From Balanoglossus misakiensis (taxonomy: Eukaryota > Animalia > Hemichordata): a stretch of DNA of 64,000 nucleotides. Shown in pieces: positions 10,264 to 22,300 of this stretch. The stretch lies in contig CM082579.2 in assembly GCA_040954595.2 (NCBI GenBank), positions 14,199,834 through 14,263,833 of the forward strand. The letters are read 5' to 3'. A model generated the notes under the pieces. The model was not told the DNA's origin, ran no database searches, and was given only the letters and a program-made list of their open reading frames with translations. Position numbers and translations under genes: made by a program. The stretch's first letter is position 1. Each line of letters opens with the position of its first letter.

Positions 10264-13200
10264 CCCTAAATATACAACAAAACATTTTATCTCCGCGACC
10301 AGCTGTTCAATTTGGTGCATGGACAGTGTTGGACTCATGATCTGTCTATGTTTAGAAAATTTGATCAAATTCATGATGACTTGGATTGAATTGAATCAAT
10401 GTTTATTCGCTCTAGGAACACTTTATTGACTACAAACTTTTGTTTTGTTGTTTGTTGGATGGGTAAAATTTAAGACCTCTCGGCCAACGCGGAGCAGAGT
10501 TTAATTAGTTTGAAGTTGTGAAAATCGACGAAACAGAGCGAAAAAACGGCAATTTGCGCTGTCGGCACATTTCTTCTGCCTCGATTTATCGACACCAGGA
10601 CCTCCCCCCCCCAAAAAAAAATAACTAGACTGCATCGTCCATGAAATCAAACTCGACGACAAAAAAACTTCGCCGATTCCGAGGTAAACGCATCCCGACA
10701 GGATAAGAACTCCGCTATGTGACATCATCTGATTTCTCTGTAAACATTGGTTGGTCGTTACTTCGGGAACGGCACTTAATCTTCTCGGTTGGGCCTTTAA
10801 TTTCCATGACCCCGGTCGATTCGGCCAAGACGCAAACCGATTCTTCACTTTGCAGTTCAGTAAAGTTGGCGAACGGGATAGTCTGTTAATGGTGAATGCA
10901 GGCCTGTACGCAGTGCTAGCGAACGGGACAAATTGACATAATAAAAGCGAGTGTTGTCAGATTAGTGGGACTGTCATATCATGAACACAATACGGGAGGC
11001 GTGATAAGGGCATTATAAAGAGCGAGCGTGAAACTGACATGGAAACGATCGACAGTACGGTACAGCACAGTGGCTGTGGGTAGAGCGAGCATGTTGCTGT
11101 GCCGAACACATTTACCATGTTTGTTAAATACAAAACACACCGACTTGACCTGCGGCCGCAGCTGCAGCTTCCTAACGCGCCCTAATCCAAGCAGTTTACG
11201 ATCTCGTGGATCGTGGTTGGACTGACAAAATGACCCAGAAAGAGAACCACATTAGGAAGTATTATAGGTCTGTTTCCTCAAAGTCCAATAAGTGCAAAAC
11301 TTAACGCACATCAAAATGTTGCCCAGACAACGGTAGTTAGCAGTTTGCTTGCTCGGTTTGAAATGCGCGGCTGTGGTAGAAAATTACCCCCTGTTCTTTG
11401 GGACGTGAGCCACCCCCCTGAGACAATGGTGCACTCACACTCGAGAACATAGGTTTGCTATTTGCATATACAAATGGAATATTCCTTCGAATGCGAGCAT
11501 GTTCCAGTGCGTTCTAAAATAATAAAATATGCAGCTATAGCATGTATGCATATTCATTGGTGTGTCGTAATGCTAACTTTGGTCTGTGATTGGGTAACAA
11601 GTCCCACTCTCCATAACAACAGGTGATCATTGACCCGTTTCCGGTGTGCGACGTCGGGTTTCAATCACTTTCCTTCTTACTGCCGCGGGATCAAGACGTC
11701 TTTTCGGTAGGCTCATAATCCAGTCATTGCTTTTAGTACCATAGCCTATATAGCTACGTTACCGTCGCTCGATTGTTTTGTCTGGTATTAGGTGATTTGC
11801 AGCTATCCGTTCAACACCTTGTAGTTGAACAGAAGTAGGTCTTATTCCAGAAAAAAATCCGAGCTACGGGCGTGCAGCTAGCCATGCCTCTCGGCCATTC
11901 TGTGTATGGCTTCGCTGCTGACCCTGAGGTCATAATCGAGAAAGTCTAGTCATATTCATAGGGCTATACTCTGTGAGAATTTTATTGCTAGGCCTCTTGC
12001 CTAAGCGCACGTAGAGCCAGTGTTTGCATTTTTTTTAATTTTACGGTTTAAACGTGGTTGGTGTATTTTCGCTTTTCTGTTTGTTTTTTCGTAACATTTT
12101 ACTGTTTACATGTTGTTGGCGTATTTTCGTTTTTCTGGTGTGATTTCCACCTCACTGTTGGCATACTTAAACAATTATCCTAATTTTTATTGGGCAAACC
12201 GATAAAACCAGAACCACCACAAGTAAAGAAAATTGTAATCTGTTTGGTGATAACCCTTTTAGCTTTGAAAGATAACCGATTTGATGTTTTAGTAAAACCA
12301 AATTTTTGACCAGGGTGACAAGCATTTTTTTCTCCAAGAGTCGTGTTGCTTTGAAGCATACATTTGGATATATGGTCCCATTTGATGAAAACCTGGTTGA
12401 TGAAAAATGTGCATATTTATAATTTTGTAGAATTTTTTGTCTTTTTTGGTCAAAAATTGTTTTATCTAAAACTGCTTGTCAGATTGCTTTCAAATTTTGC
12501 AGGGTTGTTCCTTGGGAATAATTAAGTGAGATGTTTTAGAAAAATACTTGAAATTTGCATATTTGCGTTTTGTGTGTGATAGTTTTGGAATTTTTCATTA
12601 AAAATTATTTTCTTTCAAACTGATTGTCAGATTGCCTTGAGCTTTGGTAGGCATGTTCCCTGAAGCGATTGACGTAAGATATTGTACAATTTTGGTGAAA
12701 ATACTGATTTTTCTGAAACTGCATATGGGATTGCTTTGAAATTTGATAGGATTATTGCAATGGGTAACCCAAGTTTTGTCTGATTGTGTTGATTTCCCTA
12801 TACTGAGACTCGCCAAGTACACTATATGTTTATATTACTAGAGAGTTCAGAATCCAATATGGCCCCCATACGAACTGGGACATACTGTGTAATCAGATTA
12901 TTTTCTAAACTTGTCATATTTTAATTTCTCGATCTCACAAATAAAAATGAAATGCCAAAAACTGAGTAACTTTCGTTTCTTCCCGCTTGGTGTCCATTAA
13001 AGTCTTTTTCCTCCCACTGGGAAAGTGGCTAGAGTCAATATGTGCATAATGGCAGCATTATATGGCACTGAATAAATGGCAGGGGTGTTTACATCTCCTA
13101 ATTTGTTTTCACTTAAACCATTATAAATATCTAACAGTATATGATCATATTGTGTATGCAACTCGGAGATGTGTTTCACTTCAGGGTTGGAAGTTTGTTT

Positions 13201-14650
13201 AGTCAAGTCTGGGAAGTGACATGTCTTCAAAGTGACTGATGTTATCTGCTTAGAGCTGAATGCCCATTGGTGTTCTTTCCTAGGAATACATTTTCTTTGC
13301 ATTTCATAGACCTGTGTATAATTATAATTTCAGTTATATATTCTAATTTGCGTTTAGGTAGAGTATGCATGGAATTAAAATAATTATTCTGTAATTACCC
13401 AACAAAAATGTTTGTCTTACAATTGTCTAGCAAGTGGATATTTTGATTGTTAATTTGCACAGGCAACATTATGGAAGTAGCATAAAGAGTATTCAATAAT
13501 ATAGCAGACCTTCTAGCCAGAAAGAAGAGCTTAGAAGATTTATCAGCTCATAATATTCCTTTAACCAATGAACTTTATATGAACTTGCACACCTGCCTTC
13601 AAGATACAGGGATTAATGTTCAGGAAACCTTACCAGTTCTAGTACATTTATTTCAGCCAGAAATTGAATTACCAGATAAAAAAATCAGTAATTTTACAAA
13701 GATACAGTCAGAAAATAAATGGAGAAAGCCAGCAAGGAAGGCATAAAAGTGGAATACATGAAAGACACAGTTAGCTTAAACTACATGTGTATGCAGTAAA
13801 AACTGTATGGTGCAAGGACGTTCATTTTTATGATTTATAGCCAGCCAGTCTTTCCATGCATATCATACCAAAATTAATATGAAAATTGTGTAAATGTTAA
13901 TAGACTACAAGGAAAGTACAAATACATGTAGAAATTACACTATCCAACTTTCTCCACTTTTGATATCTGCTCAACACAGGCAAGCAAAAGGGCCGATCTG
14001 AGAGTTTGACTTGAATGATGGCAATTTTTGCTGTCCAGAAGTAACTGTATAAAATATTTGTTGGTAGTAGTATTATTGCTCAAAATACACAAGAATTTAA
14101 ATATCTCCGCTCGCTACAGTGATTGAACTGATTTTCAGCAAATTGCAGTGTATAAATAAACATTGCCATCTAATGAAATATCAATCCAATATGGCCGCCC
14201 ATTTGCAATGGTAAAATGCTAGGTTTTTCCTTTTTTGAGCGCCTGGGAATTTAAATTATAATCCAGATATCAAACACTTAAGTCACTATCTGTATCTGCA
14301 CATATATTGTAATATATTCTGAAAATTTCGTTACAATTAGATCAACTATGATTGAGACACGGAACATCAAACATTGCAAAATTTCATATTTCCCATGGTG
14401 CCATGCAAAAAATAGAGAGATTTTCTTTACAAGTTTAGATGATCTCCTGTAAAACTGAAAGAAGTATTCTTCTGTGAATCGTGCATAATTTTTTGAAAAA
14501 TGTTGAAGGTACTTGAGAATATCAGTATTTTTTGATGCTTTTGTACCTTGAAAACTGGTGAACCGATTTTGATAATTTTCTTTATTATAACCTACAAAGA
14601 CCTATAAACATTTTTTATCAGTAAAATAAACAGCCTTATATAATTTTACT

Positions 14651-15619
14651 GGTCCAGCTGTTACAGAGACCACTGGCTATTTTATTATAAACTGGTGGTA
14701 GGTCAGTGAATGCCTCTGTCTGATTGGACTAATTAGCTTGTCATACTCGCATGTATTTTTAAAGACAGTTTTTGGACAACAATCAGCTGTGGTCCAGCTG
14801 TTACAGAGACCTCCGGCTATTTATTATAAACTGGTGGTAGGTCAGTAAATGCCTCTGTCTGATTGGACTAATTAGCTTGTCATACTCGCATGTATTTTAC
14901 AGACAGTTTTTGGACAAAAATCAGTTGTGGTCCAGCTGTTACAGAGACCACCGGCTATTTTATTATAAACTGGTGGTAGGTCAGTGAATGCCTCTGTCTG
15001 ATAGGACTAATTAGCTTGTCATACTCGCATGAATTTTACAGACAGTTTTTGGACAAAAATCAGTTGTGGTCCAGCTGTTACAGAGACCACCGGCTATTTT
15101 ATTATAAACTGGTGGTAGGTCAGTGAATGCCTCTGTCTGATAGGACTAATTAGCTTGTCATACTCGCATGTATTTTACAGACAATTTTTGGACAAAAATC
15201 AGTTGTGGTCCAGCTGTTACAGAGACCACCGACTATTTTATTATAAACTGGTGGTAGGTCAGTGAATGCCTCTGTCTGATAGGACTAATTAGCTTGTCAT
15301 ACTCGCATGTATTTTACAGACAATTTTTGGACAAAAATCAGTTGTGGTCCAGCTGTTACAGAGACCACCGACTATTTTATTATAAACTGGTGGTAGGTCA
15401 GTGAATGCCCTTGTCTGATAGGACTAATTAGCTTGTCATACTCGCATGAATTTTACAGACAGTTTTTGGACAATAATCAGCTGTGGTCCAGCTGTTACAG
15501 AGACCACCGGTTATTTTATTATAAACTGGTGGTAGGTCAGTGAATGCCTCTGTCTGATAGGACTAATTAGCTTGTCATACTCGCATGTATTTTACAGACA
15601 GTTTTTGGACAAAAATCTG
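14651..15619. repeat. 139-bp tandem repeat, 7 copies
   Basis: GGTCCAGCTGTTACAGAGACC starts at 14651, 14791, 14929, 15068, 15207, 15346 and 15485. Confidence 0.95.
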
Positions 15620-17477
15620 TTTTTTTAGTGCTGCTTGTAGGATTGCAGTGACACATAACACTTGATTGGGCATAGTGAATTTTTTTATGTTTCCATAGTA
15701 TTTTAATATTTTTGCCATATATGCTTGCCAATGTCGCCCGTGATTTTAATTCTGGCAAATACCTAAAATCTGTGTAATCCCCAAATGGCACAACAGTATC
15801 CTATATGCTATGTTTTAAGAAGTTAATTATACATAGATATGCATCTTGTTAAAATGCACAACAGTCACGATTTTGTTCACACGAGTTTGATTGCTGCCAG
15901 GACATAACCCAAATATTTTGATAATTTTGGCAATGACCTTTGAACTACTATCCCATGCCTTGGCATGTACAGCAGATACAGCCTTCAAATTTGGAGGACT
16001 GGAACACCTAATGAAGAACATGTATTAACTTTAACACAATAATTATGTACATAAGCTCTTTAAAGTTACCCAATAGATCTTAGAAGTCTGGTTTTTGCTG
16101 GACACTGATTAGTTTGATATCAAAATTTGTTGGCCCAACTTTGCGTGAACTCTGGCTTACTTACCATTTCTCAGCACCCATAACAAATACAGCCTTTGCT
16201 TTCTGTTGGAACCATGCTAACCACTTTGGCTCCTCCAATGCTGCTTATAGTTGGGTCTTCTTCATGGCAGCCATATTTGATTTTTGGATAACCTTTAAAA
16301 GTTGACATTTTTTTCAAAAATTACAAGGCCAATCAAGTTCTAATTTACAGTCCGTTCCAATTTTTTTCAATAATATTGTTAGTGGTCATGCGAATTTGGA
16401 TTCATTATGGATTTTTGAAAAATCTCATGAAAAATTTCCAAAGTCTTTTTTTAATCAAGCTTTCAAGTGAATTGTGATTGCTTTAACCTTATTCGAGCCA
16501 AATTGTATTTTCTGAACACCGATGAAAAACAAAGATTTCCTATTTCTAGCCTACTCATTGATAGCACACAAATTAATTTTATTGATACGAGTCACCATAT
16601 GACTAGAATACGTTACATTTTTGGCAACTTTCACATGTTCTTTGATCCAGTTGTTTTTCAGAATTTGATTAAACAATTTATTGGCCACTCTCACATGTCC
16701 TTTGATCCAGTAATTCTAGAACTTAATTTTATGTGGATATGCCTCTTGTTAAAAAGCACAACAGTCATGATTTTGTTCACATGAGAACTATTGCTGCCAG
16801 GACATAACCCAACTATTTTTATAATTCTGGCAATGATCTACTTTCCCATAACTTGCCATGCACAGCAGATACAGCTTTCAAATTTAGGGGACTGGAACAT
16901 CTAATGAAGTATTAATCTTTAACACAATACTTATGTACGTATCCTATTTAAAGTTAACCAATAGAGCTTAGAACTTTGGTTCTTGTTGAACACTGATCAG
17001 TTTGATATCAGATTTTGTTGGCACAATTTTGCGTGACCTCTGGCTTACTTACCATTTCTAGCCATCCAAAAAAGATACAGAGCTTGCTTTCTGTTGGAAC
17101 CATGTTAACTGCTTTGGCACCTGTAATGCTGCATGTTCCTTTAATTGTCTTCTTCATGGTGGCTATATTGAATTTTCTGATAACCTCTAAAAGTTGACAT
17201 TTTTTTCAAAACTACAGGGCCAATCAAGTTCTAATTTACTGTCCCTTCCAATTTTTTTCAATAATATTGTTAGTGGTCATGCGAATTTGGATTCATTATG
17301 GATTTTTGAAAAATGTCATGAAAAATTTCCAAAGTCTTTTTTTAATCAAGCTTTCAAGTGTATTGTGATTGCTTTAACCTTATTCGAGCCAAATTGGATT
17401 TTCTGAACTCTGATTAAAAACGAAGATTTCCTATTTCTAGCCTACTCATTGAAAGCACGCAAATTCATTTTATTGAT

Positions 17478-19181
17478 ATGAGTCACCATATGAATAGAAT
17501 ACTTTACATTTTTTGGCAAATTTCACACGCTGACGATACCACTATTTTTGTTACTGAGGAGCAGTCTATTCAAAAGGCTTTGGATGTCATAAAAAGTTTC
17601 AGTTCTGTTGCAGGTCCTTCCCTAAATCTCAACAAAACGAAAGGGTTATGGGTAGGTTCCTGGAAAAATAAACCGGAAGTGTATGCCGGTATTAAGTGGC
17701 CAAGTCAGCCAATTAAATCTCTTGGTACTTTCTTTTCAAATGACCCAGCAACTGGTATCGATGCTATCTTAAATAATAAGTGTTTGTCTATTGAAAGTTT
17801 ACTAACTCAGTGGTCTCTCAGGAGACTGACTTTTTTTGGTAAAATCACTGTTATAAAATCTCTTGCTGTAGCGAAAATTGTGTATCTTCTAAACACTTGT
17901 AATGTTCCGTGTACATTCTTAAAACGCTTGGAAAAACTTTTTTTCAACTTTTTATGGAGTTCCAAAACTGACAAGATAAAGCGTGACACCATCATAGGTG
18001 ACTATAATCAAGGTGGTTTGAAAATGCTTGATATTTTTTCCCAATACAAGTCATTTCTTTCATCCTGGGTAACGCGGCTTTTGACAAATGAAGGGAATAA
18101 CTGTGTACCATCATGGAAATGTATTCCGTTATTTTATTTACATAGACTGAATCTGGATAAGGTTATTTTTCATATGAATTTTGAGGACCCCATACACTGT
18201 CCTGATTTAGAAGGGTTGCCATTTTTTTACAAACAATGTATACTTGCATGGCATGAAGCTGGCGGTGGGTGCATTGTACCTAATGACGCCAAAGATGTTA
18301 TGAAGCAAGTTATCTGGTGTAACAAGCATATGCGCTTTAAAGGCAAGACTCTGTACTTTAAGCACTGGATTAAAGCGGGTATTTTATTCCTTGGCGACAT
18401 TGTAGATTCAGATGGAACGTTTCGGTCTGATTGGATTTCGAGTAACCTACGTTATAAGCATAATCTGGTTTCAGAGTTATTTATGTTGTACAACGCAGTT
18501 CCAAGGCATTGGTGTGAACTGGTGAGACAGTCGAATATGATATTTAATTTGACCACTACTACTTTGCCGACACCTACTGTTTTTTTAAATCACAAATGTC
18601 TGTACAAGTCCGCTTTGTGTGTTACTACTAATGAATTCTACTGGACTTTTGTCCATAAGAAATTTAAAAGACCATGGATTCCTAACATGTGGAACAGAGT
18701 CCTTAATTTGGGACCTGAGCTGAATTGGTCTCATCTATGGTATTATCGTATTATACAGTTAACTCCAGAAAGAAAATTGTCAAATTTTATGTATAAATTT
18801 ATGTACGATATTCTTCCAAATGATGCAAATCTGTATAAATGGAAATTAGCTAGAACAAAAAACTGTAACATTTGTAATGTAACAAATGATATCTTCCATA
18901 TGTTTATTACGTGCGATAGAGTAACTCTGTTTTGGAAAGAATTTCATGACTTTCTGTTAAACACACAAAACTGCCATGTAGAAATCTGTATGAGAAATCT
19001 ATTGTGTGGCTTTGAACAGCATGACAAATATGTCAACCTCTTATTAATCATAGCTATGTTTACAATCTACAAATCATGGATAATGTACAAGGAAACAGAA
19101 AACCTCAGTAAAATAAATATCTTTGACCTTTTCATGTTTGAACTAAAAATTAGACAGGAAAATGAATGCTACCGTCCTTAA
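17478..19181 (+). CDS. C-terminal part of L1/Tx1-type LINE ORF2 (RT C-terminus plus CCHC zinc knuckle); N-terminal ~16 aa come from the host repeat
   Basis: Motifs: ADDTTIF, LNLNKT, IKSLG, WSLRRLTFFGKITVIKSL, FFNFLW, GGLKMLDI, and C-x2-C-x7-H-x4-C (CNICNVTNDIFHMFITC). No stops over 567 codons. It lacks the endonuclease and the N-terminal RT, so it is non-autonomous. Confidence 0.9.
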   Translation: MSHHMNRILYIFWQISHADDTTIFVTEEQSIQKALDVIKSFSSVAGPSLNLNKTKGLWVGSWKNKPEVYAGIKWPSQPIKSLGTFFSNDPATGIDAILNNKCLSIESLLTQWSLRRLTFFGKITVIKSLAVAKIVYLLNTCNVPCTFLKRLEKLFFNFLWSSKTDKIKRDTIIGDYNQGGLKMLDIFSQYKSFLSSWVTRLLTNEGNNCVPSWKCIPLFYLHRLNLDKVIFHMNFEDPIHCPDLEGLPFFYKQCILAWHEAGGGCIVPNDAKDVMKQVIWCNKHMRFKGKTLYFKHWIKAGILFLGDIVDSDGTFRSDWISSNLRYKHNLVSELFMLYNAVPRHWCELVRQSNMIFNLTTTTLPTPTVFLNHKCLYKSALCVTTNEFYWTFVHKKFKRPWIPNMWNRVLNLGPELNWSHLWYYRIIQLTPERKLSNFMYKFMYDILPNDANLYKWKLARTKNCNICNVTNDIFHMFITCDRVTLFWKEFHDFLLNTQNCHVEICMRNLLCGFEQHDKYVNLLLIIAMFTIYKSWIMYKETENLSKINIFDLFMFELKIRQENECYRP

Positions 19182-19250
19182 GTTAGATATTTATTTACAT
19201 TAATTGACATGTATACTTCTTGCTCTGTCTAAAATTAGTCAATCTCGACA

Positions 19251-19294
<44 letters not shown>

Positions 19295-19314
19295 CGCTGA
19301 TTTACACAAAGTGG

Positions 19315-19352
<38 letters not shown>
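17528..19352 (+). mobile_element. Young 5'-truncated L1/Tx1-type non-LTR retrotransposon insertion
   Basis: TSD aaatttcaca at 17518-17527 and 19350-19359. AATAAA at 19250. Poly(A) at 19253-19292 and 19315-19352. The empty site ggcaactttcacatgt is visible in sister units at ~16623 and ~32485. Confidence 0.92.
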
Positions 19353-19358
<6 letters not shown>

Positions 19359-19394
19359 ATGTCCTTTGATTCAGATTTGTTAGAACTGAATTGT

Positions 19395-22300
19395 ACTTGG
19401 ATATGTCTCTTGTTAAAAAGCACAACAGTCATGATTGTGTTTACTTGAGTTTTGTCGCTGCCAGGACATAACCAAAATATTTTGATAATTTTGGCAATGA
19501 CCCTTGATCTACTTGGATATGTCTCATGTTAAAAAGCACAACAGTCTTGATTTTGTTCACACGAGTTTTATCGCTGCCAGGACATAACCAAAATATTTTG
19601 ATAATTTTGGCAATGACCCTTGATCTACTTGGATATGTCTCTTGTTAAAAAGCACAACAGTCTTGATTTTGTTCACATGAGTTTTATCGCTGCCAGGACA
19701 TAACAAAAATATTTTGATAATTTTGGCAATGACTCTTGATCTACTTGGATATGTCTCTTGTTAAAAAGCACAACAGTCTTGATTTTGTTCACATGAGTTT
19801 TATCACTGCCAGGACATAACCCAAATATATTGATAATTTTGGCAATGACCCTTGATCTACTTGGATATGTCTCTTGTTAAAATACACAACAGTCTTGATT
19901 TTGTTCACATGAGTTTTATCGCTGCCAGGACATAACCCAAATATTTTGATAATTTTGGCAATGACCCTTGATCTACTTGGATATGTCTCTTGTTAAAAAG
20001 CACAACAGTCATGATTGTGTTCACACGAGTTTTATTGCTGCCAGGACATAACCCAAATATTTTGTTAAGTTTGGCAATGACCCTTGATCTTCTTGGATAT
20101 GTCTCTTGTTAAAAAGCACAACTGTCATGATTTTGTTCACATGAGTTTTATTGCTGCCAGGACATAACCCAAATATTTTGATAATTTTGGCAATGACCCT
20201 TGATCTACTTGGATATGTCTCTTGTTAAAAAGCACAACAGTCATGATTTTGTTTACGTGACTACTATTGCTGCCAGGACTTAACCCAAATATTTTGATAA
20301 TTTTGGCAATGACCCTTGATCTACTTAGATATGTCTCTTGATAAATAGCACAACAGTCATGATTGTGTTCACACGAGTTTTATTGCTGCCAGGACATAAC
20401 CCAAATATTTTTATAATTTTGGCCATGACCCTTGATCTACTTGGATATGTCTCTTGATAAAAAGCACAACAGTCATGATTGTGTTCACATGAGTTTTATT
20501 GCTGCCAGGACATAACCCAAATATTTTGATAATTTTGGTAATGACCCTTGATCTTCTTGGATATGTCTCTTGTTAAAAAGCACAACAGTCATGATTGTGT
20601 TCACACGAGTTTTATTGCTGCCAGGACATAACCCAAATATTTTGATAATTTTGGCAATGACCCTTGATCTACTTGGATATGTCTCTTGTTAAAAAGCACA
20701 ACAGTCAGGATTTTGTTCACATGAGTTTTATCACTGCCAGGACATAACCCAAATATATTGATAATTTTGGCAATGACCCTTGATCTACTTGGATATGTCT
20801 CTTGTTAAAAAGCACAACAGTCAGGATTTTGTTCACATGAGTACTATTGCTGGCAGGACATAACCAAACTATTTTGATAATTTTGGCAATAACTCTTCAT
20901 CTACTTGGATATGTCTCTTGTTAAAATGCACAACATACATGATTTTATTCACATGAATTCTATTGCTGTCAGGACATAACCCAAATATTTTGATAATTAT
21001 GGCAATGACCCTTGAACTACTTGGATATGTCTCTTGATAAACAGCCCAACAGTCATGATTGTGTTCACACGAGTTTTATTGCTGCCAGGACATAACCCAA
21101 ATATTTTGATAATTTTGGCAATGACCCTTGATCGACTTGGATATGTCTCTTGTTAAAAAGCACAACAGTCATGATTTTGTTTACGTGACTACTATTGCTG
21201 CCAGGACTTAACCCAAATGTTTTGATAATTTTGGCAATGACCCTTGATCTACTTAGATATGTCTCTTGATAAAAAGCACAACAGTCATGATTGTGTTCAC
21301 ACGAGTTTTATTGCTGCCAGGACATAACCCAAATATTTTGATAATTTTGGCAATGACCCTTGATCTACTTGGATATGTCTCTTGTTAAAAAGCACAACAG
21401 TCAGGATTTTGTTCACATGAGTTTTATCACTGCCAGGACATAACCCAAATATATTGATAATTTTGGCAATGACCCTTGATCTACTTGGATATGTCTCTTG
21501 TTAAAAAGCACAACAGTCAGGATTTTGTTCACATGAGTACTATTGCTGGCAGGACATAACCAAACTATTTTGATAATTTTGGCAATAACTCTTCATCTAC
21601 TTGGATATGTCTCTTGTTAAAATGCACAACATACATGATTTTATTCACATGAATTCTATTGCTGTCAGGACATAACCCAAATATTTTGATAATTATGGCA
21701 ATGACCCTTGAACTACTTGGATATGTCTCTTGATAAACAGCCCAACAGTCATGATTGTGTTCACACGAGTTTTATTGCTGCCAGGACATAACCCAAATAT
21801 TTTGATAATTTTGGCAATGACCCTTGATCGACTTGGATATGTCTCTTGTTAAAAAGCACAACAGTCATGATTTTGTTTACGTGACTACTATTGCTGCCAG
21901 GACTTAACCCAAATGTTTTGATAATTTTGGCAATGACCCTTGATCTACTTAGATATGTCTCTTGATAAAAAGCACAACAGTCATGATTGTGTTCACACGA
22001 GTTTTATTGCTGCCAGGACATAACCCAAATATTTTGATAATTTTGGCAATGACCCTTGATCTACTTGGATATGTCTCTTGTTAAAAAGCACAACAGTCAG
22101 GATTTTGTTCACATGAGTTTTATCACTGCCAGGACATAACCCAAATATATTGATAATTTTGGCAATGACCCTTGATCTACTTGGATATGTCTCTTGTTAA
22201 AAAGCACAACAGTCAGGATTTTGTTCACATGAGTACTATTGCTGGCAGGACATAACCAAACTATTTTGATAATTTTGGCAATAACTCTTCATCTACTTGG

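Noticed and set aside
17478-19181. ORF as an autonomous RT, retron or domesticated gene
   Set aside because: It lacks the endonuclease and the N-terminal RT motifs. The TSD and poly(A) show a simple truncated insertion.
19293-19314. Spacer shares ACGCTGA with the LINE 5' junction (17527-17533), suggesting a template switch
   Set aside because: Only 7 bp match, which is not distinguishable from chance by eye.
19195-19425. Poly-Phe ORF on the minus strand
   Set aside because: It is the antisense reading of the two poly(A) tails.
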